Shown: positions 47,437 to 58,183 of the stretch, piece by piece
Layout of the letters: each line of letters starts with the position of its first letter
Position numbering within the stretch: the first letter of the stretch is position 1
Assembly: GCA_013335095.1 (NCBI GenBank)
Contig: JAAXWF010000004.1
Span: forward strand, 10,740-74,739
Source of the DNA: a candidate division WWE3 bacterium
Lineage (GTDB): Bacteria > Patescibacteriota > 4484-211 > GCA-002791395
DNA: 64,000 bases
Direction of reading: 5' to 3'
Made by a program: the position numbers and the translations under genes
The notes under the pieces: generated by a model
What the model was told of the DNA's origin: nothing
Seen by the model: only the letters and a program-made list of their open reading frames with translations
Database searches by the model: none

Positions 47437-48375
47437 ATGGTTAAAAAGTCATTACGTTTGCTCCTACAAACATGTATCTACGGACTATTTGCCGTAACAA
47501 CCGCAGGATTTTTAGGCAAGTGGTTGTGGATACTGGAGCTGACTTCACATTTTCGAATGCAATACGTCTGGATCGGCATCATCCTACTTGTATATGCAAT
47601 TGCAAGTAAAAAGTACGCGTTAATAAGCTTCGCCACGGCAGCAGTATGTATTAATCTCAGCCTAATTGCCCCACTGTATATGACGAAATCAGCAATGGCG
47701 ATGCCATCGTCAACGTTGAGTATCGTATCTACCAACGTCGAATGGGGACGCGCTGATGCCAATCAATTAGGCGATTTTGCCGCCCAACATAGCGCTGACG
47801 TCATATTTATGGCTGAAGCGACGCAAGATCTTGTAAACCGGATCCAAACGCTACACCCAGAATACAGCTATGCGGTATATCACCCAATTGATAACAAATT
47901 GGGCCTGGCACTACTGAGTAAGGATAATCCGATATCCGAGGTCGAACTCATATGGCAGCAAGATGCCCATCGCCCATTACTTCGAGGCGATTTTCAAATT
48001 CATGATCAAATAATTACGATTATCGGCCTACATCCACATCCGCCAACGAATGCACGATGGGCAAATTATCGTAATACTTATTTCCATGATGTCGAAACAT
48101 ATGTCGAATCAATCCACAATCCAATCATCATGGTTGGGGATTTCAACACGACTTCATGGTCACCATATTTCACGGAGCTTGAAGATCAGACAGATCTACA
48201 TGATAGCCGAGAAGGATTTGGCCTATCTCCCAGTTGGCCAAGTTGGTTGCCACCGTTTATGCGAATACCGATCGACCATGCGTTGTTATCATCTTCACTT
48301 GTTACCCAACAACACGAAGTCGGCCCCGACGTTGGCTCCGATCACCTTCCTATCTTTATTAAAGTCGGATTATAA
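47437..48375 (+). CDS. Endonuclease/exonuclease/phosphatase (EEP) family protein with N-terminal TMs
   Basis: STNV, GDFN, IDH, GSDH.P. Confidence 0.92.
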   Translation: MVKKSLRLLLQTCIYGLFAVTTAGFLGKWLWILELTSHFRMQYVWIGIILLVYAIASKKYALISFATAAVCINLSLIAPLYMTKSAMAMPSSTLSIVSTNVEWGRADANQLGDFAAQHSADVIFMAEATQDLVNRIQTLHPEYSYAVYHPIDNKLGLALLSKDNPISEVELIWQQDAHRPLLRGDFQIHDQIITIIGLHPHPPTNARWANYRNTYFHDVETYVESIHNPIIMVGDFNTTSWSPYFTELEDQTDLHDSREGFGLSPSWPSWLPPFMRIPIDHALLSSSLVTQQHEVGPDVGSDHLPIFIKVGL

Positions 48376-48377
48376 AA

Positions 48378-48406
48378 ATGGCGCCGAAGTATTTCTCCGA
48401 CGCCAT
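48378..48406. terminator. Bidirectional terminator hairpin
   Basis: ATGGCGCCGAAG...CTCCGACGCCAT between convergent genes. Confidence 0.75.
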
Positions 48407-48417
48407 ATAAATTACAA

Positions 48418-49062
48418 TTAAACGGCAGTTTTTTGAACCGTCGTATAGAGGAAAGAACGATCACGTGGAATGCCCTCGCCAAGGTCCTGAACGGTTTCTT
48501 GACGGTGACTGTCAATTAGCCGAGCGCCACTAAGCGCAAGAAGAAGCTCTAATGCCTCCTCCTCATCCCACACGCTTAATCCGTAGTTACCGCAAAATCC
48601 ACACGGACAATTCACCTGATATGACCCTCGTTCAAGTGGGTAATCCCTTGGACCAAGTGCGTACAACACAAAGTCATCATACGTGGCAAAGGAGACCATC
48701 AGAATACCCCCAGGCAGCAACCCTTGCCAGGCACGAGCAACGAATGAGCGTACACGGTCTTTGGTCAGGTATACCGTCATACCGATGACGATGATTGCGC
48801 TTCCCTCCTCGGGCAGAGGAAACTGGAGAGCATCTTCCGCCAGCAATCTCACATCATGTTTGTACAAAAGGACCTCAAGGGAGGCCTCTTCGAACCATGA
48901 TGGGTGAATATCCAGACCGACGACCCTTCCCGGGAATCGCTCAGCCAGTGGCCATAAGTGTTGGCCTGCACCAAACCCGAAATCAAAAATAGGTCCATCC
49001 GGAATAACCATTGCCAGAACGGCGTTAAGCCCTGGATCGTCTGGGAAAGCTCCCATCCTCAT
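48418..49062 (-). CDS. Class I SAM-dependent methyltransferase
   Basis: FDFGFGAG, VGLDI, L.PGG, SD GAGGAGG. Confidence 0.85.
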   Translation of the reverse strand: MRMGAFPDDPGLNAVLAMVIPDGPIFDFGFGAGQHLWPLAERFPGRVVGLDIHPSWFEEASLEVLLYKHDVRLLAEDALQFPLPEEGSAIIVIGMTVYLTKDRVRSFVARAWQGLLPGGILMVSFATYDDFVLYALGPRDYPLERGSYQVNCPCGFCGNYGLSVWDEEEALELLLALSGARLIDSHRQETVQDLGEGIPRDRSFLYTTVQKTAV

Positions 49063-49219
49063 AAAAACCTCCTCGATAAGGACTTGTGTGTAAGCTTATT
49101 ATACAAACCGAGACAAGAAGGGCTTCACTAGCTTACACCAAAAGGCGAGATTATGAATGATTATTATCAATGATATTTTCTTGAATTAAGTATTTTCGAG
49201 AAAAGAATACCGGAGACTT

Positions 49220-49534
49220 TTATGAGTCCCCGGCGTCAGTATTAGGAGTAGAATGGACATTCTGACCGCCTAGATTTCCAAGGTCTTCATCAGTAAAAGA
49301 CCTTAAGAATTCTCTGCCCTGAAGATCAATCACGTGTGATTCTTCAATAATATGTGCAATCTGATCGGCCGTGCGGATGCCGATTGCGTAGAATAACGCT
49401 AACCAGTCATTCCGACCGAAGTTTAGATCGCGAGCGGTTGGTGAACGAAGAATATACCCAACCGCAGACTCTAACGAGCGGGTTGAGATAATATCAAGCA
49501 ATACCTGAATCATAGCAACCCGTGGCAAAGCCAT
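49220..49534 (-). CDS. Hypothetical orphan protein
   Basis: SD GGAGG before MALPR, TATAAT upstream. Confidence 0.65.
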   Translation of the reverse strand: MALPRVAMIQVLLDIISTRSLESAVGYILRSPTARDLNFGRNDWLALFYAIGIRTADQIAHIIEESHVIDLQGREFLRSFTDEDLGNLGGQNVHSTPNTDAGDS

Positions 49535-49656
49535 ACAGACCTCCAAGGTAATTATCCGACCAACCAATTACACATCCATTATACATACCCACATCAAATA
49601 TTTAGGACTATCATTTTACCTTAATGATCACTTTCCTTGTATGAGAAAATAGAGTA

Positions 49657-50064
49657 ATGCACGAAAGTGTAGCAATAGCATTAGTCAACACAGATAAGAT
49701 ACTCCTCCAACACCGTGATAATAATCCTCAAATTTTTTCTCCCAATGTATGGTGCCTACCAAGCGGAAGTGTAGAAGGGACCGAGACACCGCGGGAATGC
49801 GCAATACGAGAATGTTTTGAAGAGACCGGATACAAGCTCAAAAATCCGATATGGTACGCCTGCCACCAGGAGCTGTTTTATGGAAGATGGATCAAGCGAT
49901 TCTTCTTTGTTGAAGAATATGACCATGTACAACCCATCCACTGTTATGAAGGCCAAGAGATGCGGTTTATGCCTGTAAACAAGCTTCCCTCGTTAAACCT
50001 ATACAAAAATGAGGGAAATTTTGTCAAAGCAGCCATAAACGCTTATTATAAATACGATACATGA
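49657..50064 (+). CDS. NUDIX hydrolase
   Basis: LLQHRD, G.VE..ETP.ECA.RE..EETG. Confidence 0.92.
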   Translation: MHESVAIALVNTDKILLQHRDNNPQIFSPNVWCLPSGSVEGTETPRECAIRECFEETGYKLKNPIWYACHQELFYGRWIKRFFFVEEYDHVQPIHCYEGQEMRFMPVNKLPSLNLYKNEGNFVKAAINAYYKYDT

Positions 50065-50396
50065 ATAGATATTTACGAATATTTTTACTTATAATAGTCA
50101 TCGGTTTAGCTGTATCTGGATTAATCCTAGCCAGTCCATTTATTATCGCCACGTTTAATACCAACTACCCATCAAAATTTAAGCAAGCAACATTTGACTC
50201 GATTAAAAATGGTCAAACCCAAGACCAAGTATTCCAATCAATCGGCGCACCTATTCAAACTAACTATAACTTTGGAACAACGTATCTTTTGTATACCACA
50301 CCGAAAAAAAATACCTATTACAATCAGCGACTAGTGGTATTGCAAGGAGGATTAGTTAAAGAGAAGGTCCAAGGAATCCAAGTCCTTAATCAATAA
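50061..50396 (+). CDS. Membrane-anchored SmpA/BamE-like domain protein
   Basis: F..IK.G.T..QV...IG.P. Confidence 0.65.
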   Translation: MNRYLRIFLLIIVIGLAVSGLILASPFIIATFNTNYPSKFKQATFDSIKNGQTQDQVFQSIGAPIQTNYNFGTTYLLYTTPKKNTYYNQRLVVLQGGLVKEKVQGIQVLNQ

Positions 50397-50411
50397 ATTG
50401 AAAAGAATCGA

Positions 50412-51152
50412 TCATTCAATAAAGCTAAATAACACCATTAATCCAATTCCTAACAAAAACGTAATAAGTGAAACGAGAGATTTAGTGACATCCTGCTCTT
50501 CTCGGATTTCAGGAACCAGATCAGAAGCAGCAATATAAATAAAACCGCCAGCAGCAAAAGCCAAAATATACGGAGTAACTGTATTACTTAATTCAGAAAT
50601 AAAATACCCACAAAGTACTCCAGCGACAGCAGTTAATGCGACAAAAAAATTCGCCTTCAGCGCCATGCTTTTTGAATAACCAGATTTAATTAGCACACCG
50701 AAATCCCCTATTTCTTGCGGTATTTCATGAAGAGCCATAGCAATCGAAGTGATAACACCAAGTCGCACATCAACTAAAAAAGTACCGACAACTATTAATC
50801 CATCGATAAAATTGTGAATCGCATCACCAATCAGATTCATTGTTCCAAAAGTATGCTGATCGCAGTCACCATTGTGGCAATGACGCCAATGAAGGATTTT
50901 TTCGATGATAAAAAAGGCCACAAAAGAGATTAAAACCCAATTAAATAATTCTGATCCAGTAAGAGTTTGATTTGCTTCAGGAAGTAGGTGTAAAAAGGCG
51001 CTACCGATCATCGCTCCTGCCGAAAATGCCACGAGGATATGAAGCCATTGATGTAATTTCTCATCACTAACCCAAAACGTCATAATTCCTATTAATGCCC
51101 CTAAGCTAATGATAAAAGATGCAATAATTGCTGCAATCAAGTGTGAATCCAT
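50412..51152 (-). CDS. ZIP family metal transporter
   Basis: HNFIDG, HEIPQEIGD, His-rich loop HWRHCH. Confidence 0.95.
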   Translation of the reverse strand: MDSHLIAAIIASFIISLGALIGIMTFWVSDEKLHQWLHILVAFSAGAMIGSAFLHLLPEANQTLTGSELFNWVLISFVAFFIIEKILHWRHCHNGDCDQHTFGTMNLIGDAIHNFIDGLIVVGTFLVDVRLGVITSIAMALHEIPQEIGDFGVLIKSGYSKSMALKANFFVALTAVAGVLCGYFISELSNTVTPYILAFAAGGFIYIAASDLVPEIREEQDVTKSLVSLITFLLGIGLMVLFSFIE

Positions 51153-51213
51153 GGACATAGCATAAACGAAACAAGCAAGAGGATGCAATAAATGAAGTCG
51201 CAACGGAAGCAAA

Positions 51214-52896
51214 CTACATTCGCTTCAGCACAGGAATACCAAGCAGGTTCATACTGTTCTTAAGGACAATATTAGTAGCACGAGTCAATGCGACACGTTG
51301 ATCCATGTAGTTTGGGGCATTAATGATTCGATTATTGTTATAAAACGTATTGAATGCTTGGCATACGCTATAAATGTAGTGACAGACTAATGATGGGGCC
51401 AACTTCTCGGTAGCATCAACTACAACATCTTGATATTCAGATAAACGACGAACAAGTCGAAGTTCATCGGTATTAAGTTCGAATAGCATTTGAGGGTTAT
51501 ATTCAAAGTCTGGCAGATTCTGTAATACGCTATTTGTACGGGCATAGGTATACTGAACATAAGGGCCAGTATTACCGTCTAAGTTGAGGATCTCATCCCA
51601 ATCAAACACATACGGCGACGATGGTGTCCGTTTTAGATCATTATATTTCAGTGCACCGACCCCGACCTTGATTGCAGTTCGATGATCCGATGACAGACTA
51701 TCTGCTTTTTCGATAACCTTTTTAAGCACATCGTAAAGTTTAATCGTATTCCCCTTTCGAGTACTCATTTTGCCTTCCTTTGTTGATATAAGGCCATGAG
51801 CAATGTGATGTAATGAGGATTGATCACTATAGCCGAGTAAATGTGCAGCTTCAAAGACTTGTTGTAGATGTAGTTTTTGCTCACTGCCGACCTCATACAC
51901 GTATAAATCCGGATTCCATCGTTCTTTTCGGTACTTTATGGTTGCCAAATCGCGTAAAAAGTACGTTGAAGCACCATCACTTTTGATGAACAGTCCTGGA
52001 GGGGTATTTTCGTTAGAGAAACGGATGATTTTAGCACCCTGACTGTCTTCAACCAGCCCTTTAGCATAGGCATCATCAATCACGCTTTGGAGTTGATCAA
52101 GGTAAAAACTTTCCCCAATCGCAAAATCAATTTTTACCCCTAAAAGACGATATATTTTATCGAATTCCTTTAGTGATATATCAATAAGTTGTTGCCAGAG
52201 CTGGCGTTCAGCCAATTCACCATCTTCAAGTCGCTTAAATGCGTGGCGCGCACTCACAACGAGGGATTCATCGTTTTCCGCTTCTTGATGAAAGCGAACA
52301 TATAGTTTTTCTAGATCATTAAATGACACTGATTCAATCGGCTTCTCGTTCCATTTTTGTAATGCAATAATGAGCTTCCCAAACTGGGTTCCCCAGTCGC
52401 CAAGGTGGTTTACTCCGATTACGGTATACCCTTGAGAGGCTAACAGATTATAAATTGCTTGTCCGATAATCGTACTGCGCAAATGTCCGATGCTAAACCT
52501 TTTAGCAACATTTGGTGCAGAATAATCTACCACAGCTGTTTTGCCCTGATATTTAACCGACGTACCGTATGTACCATTTTCTCGTTCGATATCCATTAAT
52601 AAATCGCGATAAACCGACTGATGAATTGTCAGATTTAGAAACCCTGGTCCGGCGACATCGATCTCTCTAATAACGGTTGAGACATTAGAGTCTGAGAGCA
52701 AGACATCCTTCATTTCGTTGGCGAGTTCGCGCGGATTACGAGCTAACCTTTTACCAGTTACCAAGGCAATATTTGTTGAAAAATCACCAAATTGTTCATC
52801 GGGAATGGTCAACTGAATCGAATTAATTACGTCGGGATAGTGGGTTAAGAGTGATTGTGTTAATAGATTTGAAAGATGGTTTTTTACGCTTTCCAC
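51214..52896 (-). CDS. argS: Arginine--tRNA ligase
   Basis: DYSAPN, SIGHLRS, GDWGTQFG, KMSTRKG, GPYVQY. Confidence 0.98.
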   Translation of the reverse strand: MESVKNHLSNLLTQSLLTHYPDVINSIQLTIPDEQFGDFSTNIALVTGKRLARNPRELANEMKDVLLSDSNVSTVIREIDVAGPGFLNLTIHQSVYRDLLMDIERENGTYGTSVKYQGKTAVVDYSAPNVAKRFSIGHLRSTIIGQAIYNLLASQGYTVIGVNHLGDWGTQFGKLIIALQKWNEKPIESVSFNDLEKLYVRFHQEAENDESLVVSARHAFKRLEDGELAERQLWQQLIDISLKEFDKIYRLLGVKIDFAIGESFYLDQLQSVIDDAYAKGLVEDSQGAKIIRFSNENTPPGLFIKSDGASTYFLRDLATIKYRKERWNPDLYVYEVGSEQKLHLQQVFEAAHLLGYSDQSSLHHIAHGLISTKEGKMSTRKGNTIKLYDVLKKVIEKADSLSSDHRTAIKVGVGALKYNDLKRTPSSPYVFDWDEILNLDGNTGPYVQYTYARTNSVLQNLPDFEYNPQMLFELNTDELRLVRRLSEYQDVVVDATEKLAPSLVCHYIYSVCQAFNTFYNNNRIINAPNYMDQRVALTRATNIVLKNSMNLLGIPVLKRM

Positions 52897-52938
52897 AAGG
52901 ATATTCTAACATATTCATATCGTGCTAAATAAAAGAAA

Positions 52939-52968
52939 GGCCGGCTCCCCCATAAGGGAAGACCGGCC
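52939..52968 (-). terminator. Intrinsic terminator
   Basis: GGCCGG..CCGGCC stem with a T run on the minus strand. Confidence 0.8.
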
Positions 52969-52980
52969 AGTTTCAAGTCA

Positions 52981-53448
52981 TCATCGACGGCCACCGCCGC
53001 GGCTATACAGCCGCCGCATGTTGTTCGCCAGCGCATTTCGATCTTCCCAATAGCGCTGGTTGATCTCACGAGCCGCTTGGGCGGCGGCTTCGTGATTCCG
53101 GCGGGCGAGCTCCAGCTCGGCGGTTAAACCAAGCTCCTGGACCAACTCTTCTGTAGAGAACATCTCGACGTACTGGGGCCATTCAGCCCCAAACTTTTCA
53201 AGAAGTCTCTCACCCCAGAGTTGAGCGAATCCGAGCCATCGGCGATCATAACAGCTGTATACTGTAAAATCGCTGCTGGATCGGCCCGCGTACGTGGCCG
53301 ATGTGCCTCCCCCTGCCTGAGTATGGGTCATGTCGACCTTGTACTCCTTGGGGGCTGTGCAGGCAGCCTCGTACCACGGTTGCCTCGTGGGATCCACGAG
53401 GGCGCAAAAACGCCACTCAATGGGATACCATTCATCTCTAAAGAGCAT
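52981..53448 (-). CDS. Hypothetical orphan protein (GC-rich)
   Basis: SD GGAGG before MLFRDEW, own terminator. Confidence 0.7.
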   Translation of the reverse strand: MLFRDEWYPIEWRFCALVDPTRQPWYEAACTAPKEYKVDMTHTQAGGGTSATYAGRSSSDFTVYSCYDRRWLGFAQLWGERLLEKFGAEWPQYVEMFSTEELVQELGLTAELELARRNHEAAAQAAREINQRYWEDRNALANNMRRLYSRGGGRR

Positions 53449-53585
53449 AAAGCCTCCAAACGGCAACGCCGTATGGCTCCAAACGGGAGCCTCCATTGAT
53501 TCCACCGATAATGACCTAAGATAAGTATAACAAACCAAAGAACTATGGGTCAAACAAATCCAACTAAACAACGTATACTAAAGGA

Positions 53586-56285
53586 ATGATAATTCATCAT
53601 CCACATACATATTCGATTGATGAACTACTCGAAAAACTAAAGTCTAAAACCGACGGTATTTCTGATGAGAATGCGAAGCAAAGACAAACAACATATGGGA
53701 AAAATGTCCTTCCAGAAAAGCCGCCGCCCTCAGCTCTATTCACTCTCTTAAAACAATTCAATAACTTTTTCGTGTATATTCTATTATTAGCAGCGATTAT
53801 CTCGTATGTTGCATCTGAAAAAGTTGATACTTATGTAATATTAATAATCGTAATAATCAATGCAATTATTGGATTCATACTCGAATTCAGGGCAGAAAAG
53901 TCTATAAAAGCATTGAGCAAACTCACCGTAAGATACGCTAAGGTAATTCGTGAAGGTAATATTATAAAGATTGATGCCCAACATTTAGTTCCCGGAGACG
54001 TCATCCTAATAGAGGCCGGCGATTACGTGCCAGCGGATGCACGATTATTACATACTCAAAATCTTTCGTGTGTGGAAGCCTCTTTAACAGGTGAATCAGC
54101 ACCAATTCTAAAAAATATTGAACAGATGCCTGAAAATACCCCATTAGCCGATCGCAAAAACATGGTTTGGATGGGTACATATATTGTCGCGGGTAGTGGA
54201 AAAGCCGTGATCATTTCAATCGGATCCCAGACTGAATTAGGAAAAATAGCATTAAGCCTTGAATCAATAGAAAAAAACAAAAATCATTTTGAAGAAAAAA
54301 CTGACATGCTGGTAAAACAAATGGGCATAATCGCATTTATCGGCGCAGTAATTACCTTCATCTCTGGCTACTTTATTCAACAAATACCGTTACCAGAAAT
54401 ATCTTTCTTTGCTATAGCAACACTTGTATCTGCAATTCCTGAAGGTCTACCGATAATCATGGTTATAGTACTTGCAATCGGAGCTCATAGAATGTCGAAA
54501 CGGAATGTAATTATTCGAAAGCTCTCCGCGGCAGAAACACTGTGTGTCACAAATGTGATCATGACCGACAAAACGGGTACGTTGACTCAAAACATCATGA
54601 GTGTAGAAGAAATCTACTTGCCGCCAGGCCAAAGCATAACGGTAACGAGCGAAGGGTGGAGCCCAAAAGGGTCATTTTATTATTCAGGGAACCCAATTGA
54701 AACAAATGAATTTCCATTGCTTAACTTATTCATATCAATAGCTGGCAACGTATCTCCAGCCCAGATCAACGAACAAGGGGATGGCCAATTCGAAGTCATA
54801 GGAGATCCCACAGAAGCCGCACTCATTGTATTAGCCCAAAAGGCGAACCATGGGACAAAAGAAAAAGATACAACCTTATCTAAAGTAGACGAGATGCCAT
54901 TCAATCAAGAGTTGAAAGCACGAGCTATGTTGCTCTATGATCGGCAGCAGCAAAAAACGATGCTCTATGTTGCCGGTGCCCCAGAAACAATATTAGAAAG
55001 ATCATCATATGCATATGATGCCTCAAATTGCCCCGTCTCATTAACCGAAAAGAATAAAGAAAGACACTATCAAGTAACCGATGAGATCGCCCAAAAAGCG
55101 ATGAGAACAATAGCTCTGGCTTTTCGGGAGCTACCAAATGATGTGATTACACTGGACGAATCATTGCTTATCGATCTAACATTTATCGGTATTGCTGGGA
55201 TAAAAGATCCAGTCAGGCCTGGGATAAAAGAGTCAATTGAAATGGCGCATCAAGCAGGTATACGGGTTATTATGGCAACGGGAGACCACAAGACGACCGC
55301 CATGGCAATATCGAAAGAGATACAATTAATCGTGGATGACACGAGCAACATAATGACCGGGTCAGAGTTGGAGCGGCTAACTGAAGCCGAATTTTCTTCA
55401 ACAGTTAAAACCACTAATGTATTTGCTCGATTAACTCCCGAAATGAAACTGAGAATTGCCAGAGAATTGCAGATTCAAGGGAATACAATAGCAATGACAG
55501 GAGACGGTGTAAACGATGCACCTGCACTAAAAATGGCCGACATTGGAATTGCCATGGGCTTATCGGGTACAGATGTAGCAAGGGAATCAAGTGAATTAGT
55601 ATTAACAGACGATAACTTTGTATCGATTATCAATGCCGTTGAAGAAGCCCGCATTATTTTTAACAACATCAGACGAACTACATATTTCCTTGTTACGACA
55701 AATATTGCCGAGCTATTCACGGTGATATCGACAATTATTCTTGGTTTACCTCTTCCACTACTTCCGACACAAATACTGTGGCTAAATCTAGTAACGGATG
55801 GGGTTTTAGTTATTGCGTTATCAATGGAGCCCGGCCATTCTCATATTCTAGAAACGAAACCGAATAAACGATCCGAAAATATAATAACAAAAAATGTTAT
55901 TCCGTATATTTTAATTATAGTAACAATTATGGCAGTCAGCACTATTTTAGTGTTCCAAGCGCTCCTGCCTTATGGCATCTCGACGGCTCGAACAGGGGCA
56001 TTCGTAGTGATGAGCATGACTCAGATCTTCAATGTTTTTAATATGCGATCTATGAAACTCTCAGCGATTGCGTTAGGACTATTCAGTAATGCTCCGCTAA
56101 ACTGGGCAGTTGGTGCCTCATTTCTTTTAATATTGTCTGTCCTCTATTTCCCACCATTAATGTCAGCTCTTGAATTTGAATCGATTCAATTACTAACATT
56201 CTTATTACTGGTACTGATAAGCAGTACAGTTTGGATCTCTGTTGAACTTTATAAGTTTATGCAGCGAAAAAGTAAGTTATCTTAA
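53586..56285 (+). CDS. Cation-translocating P-type ATPase (type IIA, Ca2+-like)
   Basis: LTGES, PEGL, DKTGTLT, GDGVND, LNLVTD. Confidence 0.97.
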   Translation: MIIHHPHTYSIDELLEKLKSKTDGISDENAKQRQTTYGKNVLPEKPPPSALFTLLKQFNNFFVYILLLAAIISYVASEKVDTYVILIIVIINAIIGFILEFRAEKSIKALSKLTVRYAKVIREGNIIKIDAQHLVPGDVILIEAGDYVPADARLLHTQNLSCVEASLTGESAPILKNIEQMPENTPLADRKNMVWMGTYIVAGSGKAVIISIGSQTELGKIALSLESIEKNKNHFEEKTDMLVKQMGIIAFIGAVITFISGYFIQQIPLPEISFFAIATLVSAIPEGLPIIMVIVLAIGAHRMSKRNVIIRKLSAAETLCVTNVIMTDKTGTLTQNIMSVEEIYLPPGQSITVTSEGWSPKGSFYYSGNPIETNEFPLLNLFISIAGNVSPAQINEQGDGQFEVIGDPTEAALIVLAQKANHGTKEKDTTLSKVDEMPFNQELKARAMLLYDRQQQKTMLYVAGAPETILERSSYAYDASNCPVSLTEKNKERHYQVTDEIAQKAMRTIALAFRELPNDVITLDESLLIDLTFIGIAGIKDPVRPGIKESIEMAHQAGIRVIMATGDHKTTAMAISKEIQLIVDDTSNIMTGSELERLTEAEFSSTVKTTNVFARLTPEMKLRIARELQIQGNTIAMTGDGVNDAPALKMADIGIAMGLSGTDVARESSELVLTDDNFVSIINAVEEARIIFNNIRRTTYFLVTTNIAELFTVISTIILGLPLPLLPTQILWLNLVTDGVLVIALSMEPGHSHILETKPNKRSENIITKNVIPYILIIVTIMAVSTILVFQALLPYGISTARTGAFVVMSMTQIFNVFNMRSMKLSAIALGLFSNAPLNWAVGASFLLILSVLYFPPLMSALEFESIQLLTFLLLVLISSTVWISVELYKFMQRKSKLS

Positions 56286-56540
56286 ACGTTGTTTTTCTTT
56301 TTCTGGAATTTGGTTCCAATGGCAGTTATGTACCGCTCCCCACAAGGCATAGTAGGTTAAACGAGTAACATGAGGATATTTCGTTCGTAATTTGTTCCAG
56401 AGATCAACTAACTTAGCATTCTTTAGATGCTGATAGGTTATAATCCCTTCCTGGTTTAACCAGGCAGCCGTAACGGTACTAAGATTCCAGAGATCTTCTA
56501 CCGGAGTATCAGATTGTGGTGGTGTATTTCGTCGTGGCAT
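56277..56540 (-). CDS. TfoX C-terminal-like protein
   Basis: L.NL....WL...GI.T...L, YALWGA..N.HW..I. Confidence 0.75.
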   Translation of the reverse strand: MPRRNTPPQSDTPVEDLWNLSTVTAAWLNQEGIITYQHLKNAKLVDLWNKLRTKYPHVTRLTYYALWGAVHNCHWNQIPEKEKQRLR

Positions 56541-56938
56541 TAGTGTTGCTCCTCTTTTCTTTTTTGGGCAATAAATTCTGAACCACAACTAATCTTTTTC
56601 GCGAGTGGCGATTTCGGATCAACAACGCGCCAAAAAGGTGTTACTTTGTGGGTTCCATTTGAAATTTCCTCAAGAGCTAATTCAGAAATAATCCGGATGA
56701 AAATACCCGTAGTTAACGGGCAAGTACCATCCGCCTTATGTTTTTGAGCGAGATCAGTTCGTAGTTGTTCAACCGTGATAGTTCTTCCTGATGGGATTGC
56801 TCGAATGTATTGATCAATCTCTGAGGGCGAGGAGATCAGCATTTGGTCCCCAGCATGCATACCGCCATACTGTATTTCAAGTTTTTTTACAATTGGATCT
56901 TTACCGTTATCGTATTTTTCACGCCACGTTTTTCCCAT
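56540..56938 (-). CDS. MGMT/ATL-like DNA-binding protein
   Basis: IP.G..IT, CPLTTGIF, PFWRV (no catalytic PCHR). Confidence 0.8.
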   Translation of the reverse strand: MGKTWREKYDNGKDPIVKKLEIQYGGMHAGDQMLISSPSEIDQYIRAIPSGRTITVEQLRTDLAQKHKADGTCPLTTGIFIRIISELALEEISNGTHKVTPFWRVVDPKSPLAKKISCGSEFIAQKRKEEQH

Positions 56939-57031
56939 TGTCGTTAGTCGAAATATACCACGCAACTATTGTTTTAGCGATGAATCATTCGTACGCTCTT
57001 ACGCCATATAAAATATGTGATTAAAAATAAT

Positions 57032-57868
57032 TTAGTGGATAGTTTCGGACTCGAGCACTATATCCTTAAAACACCCTGACTCAATCATATTCTGGGAATC
57101 ATACACGAGGGTATTATTGAAATCGTTCCAATGAGTAAAAAATGATGTTAGCTGATTTATTTCTTCGCTTTTGTTCGAGTCCGCTAATAAAGACGTTGGA
57201 CACAGGTACGAATCATCTGAGTTTGAATTATTTGAACGTTTTTTCACCCAAATCGTTGTACGGCCATATCGACCGCTATCATAGGGTGCGACAGAACCAA
57301 GCATTGTAGTAGCATCCACACCATCACCTACTTTTATTCGAGGTTCAAATAGATGATCAAATCCGACAAAATAGCCTTCCGCTCCAGTGGGAATTATGCG
57401 AACAGAAACATCTGGACCGTTGGAGTAAATCGATTCGACGCTACCTGCAACTGGCGAATAAACATACGTATCAAGCGCGACCCCGTCAAACTCAAGTCCA
57501 GGACTAAACGTGCAGACGCCTTGCTCATCACAAATAGATTCACCAAATGGCGATATCAACATTTCACTGCGATGATTAGATAAGAGTGCATCACGAGTAA
57601 AAGCGATAGACCCAGAGGTTTGCGTTGAACGATCAAAAGGCTCTAGTGAAATATCTCCTAAATGCTGCAATACTGGTAAAGCGCTATTTTCAGATATAGG
57701 GATATCTGATGAGTTAGATTGAGAAGCGTTGTTTGAACGATCTAATCCATTATATTGTCTCAAGTTAATGGCGATAAACATAATAATCCCAATTGATAAT
57801 AGAAGAACAGACCCAACCAATAGATACTTTTTCATTTTTCCAGTCATCATCAACATAGTACTAAGCAT
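57032..57868 (-). CDS. Membrane-anchored M23/hybrid-motif-like hypothetical protein
   Basis: V.SPV.G.V, DHL, IKVGD.V...LG; canonical Zn ligands absent. Confidence 0.65.
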   Translation of the reverse strand: MLSTMLMMTGKMKKYLLVGSVLLLSIGIIMFIAINLRQYNGLDRSNNASQSNSSDIPISENSALPVLQHLGDISLEPFDRSTQTSGSIAFTRDALLSNHRSEMLISPFGESICDEQGVCTFSPGLEFDGVALDTYVYSPVAGSVESIYSNGPDVSVRIIPTGAEGYFVGFDHLFEPRIKVGDGVDATTMLGSVAPYDSGRYGRTTIWVKKRSNNSNSDDSYLCPTSLLADSNKSEEINQLTSFFTHWNDFNNTLVYDSQNMIESGCFKDIVLESETIH

Positions 57869-57900
57869 AACGATGCTGATTTAATGATGCAAGTAAGAAT

Positions 57901-57925
57901 AGCCCGGATCGTAGTAATCCGGGCT
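57901..57925 (-). terminator. Terminator hairpin
   Basis: AGCCCGGAT...ATCCGGGCT. Confidence 0.75.
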
Positions 57926-57942
57926 GTTGAGCAGATCTTGTA

Positions 57943-58167
57943 CTAAAGACCTAGCCATTTGACAAAATGAAGAAGGTCGGCGGTACCGCTAATGAAGACA
58001 AGGATGAACATCATCGGCTCGCCGACGACACGCCGAATATCATGAGCAACGACCTTGGCATCCTCGCCCAAAACGCCCAGGTCAGCGACATACACCAACC
58101 AAAAGTTGGTAGTGAACAACACGATAAGGAGCCAATAAATTGGATCCCCATGTCGATCTGATGGCAT
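57943..58167 (-). CDS. Small two-TM orphan protein
   Basis: SD GGAGGT before MPSD. Confidence 0.65.
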   Translation of the reverse strand: MPSDRHGDPIYWLLIVLFTTNFWLVYVADLGVLGEDAKVVAHDIRRVVGEPMMFILVFISGTADLLHFVKWLGL

Positions 58168-58183
58168 GGCCACCTCCATGGCT

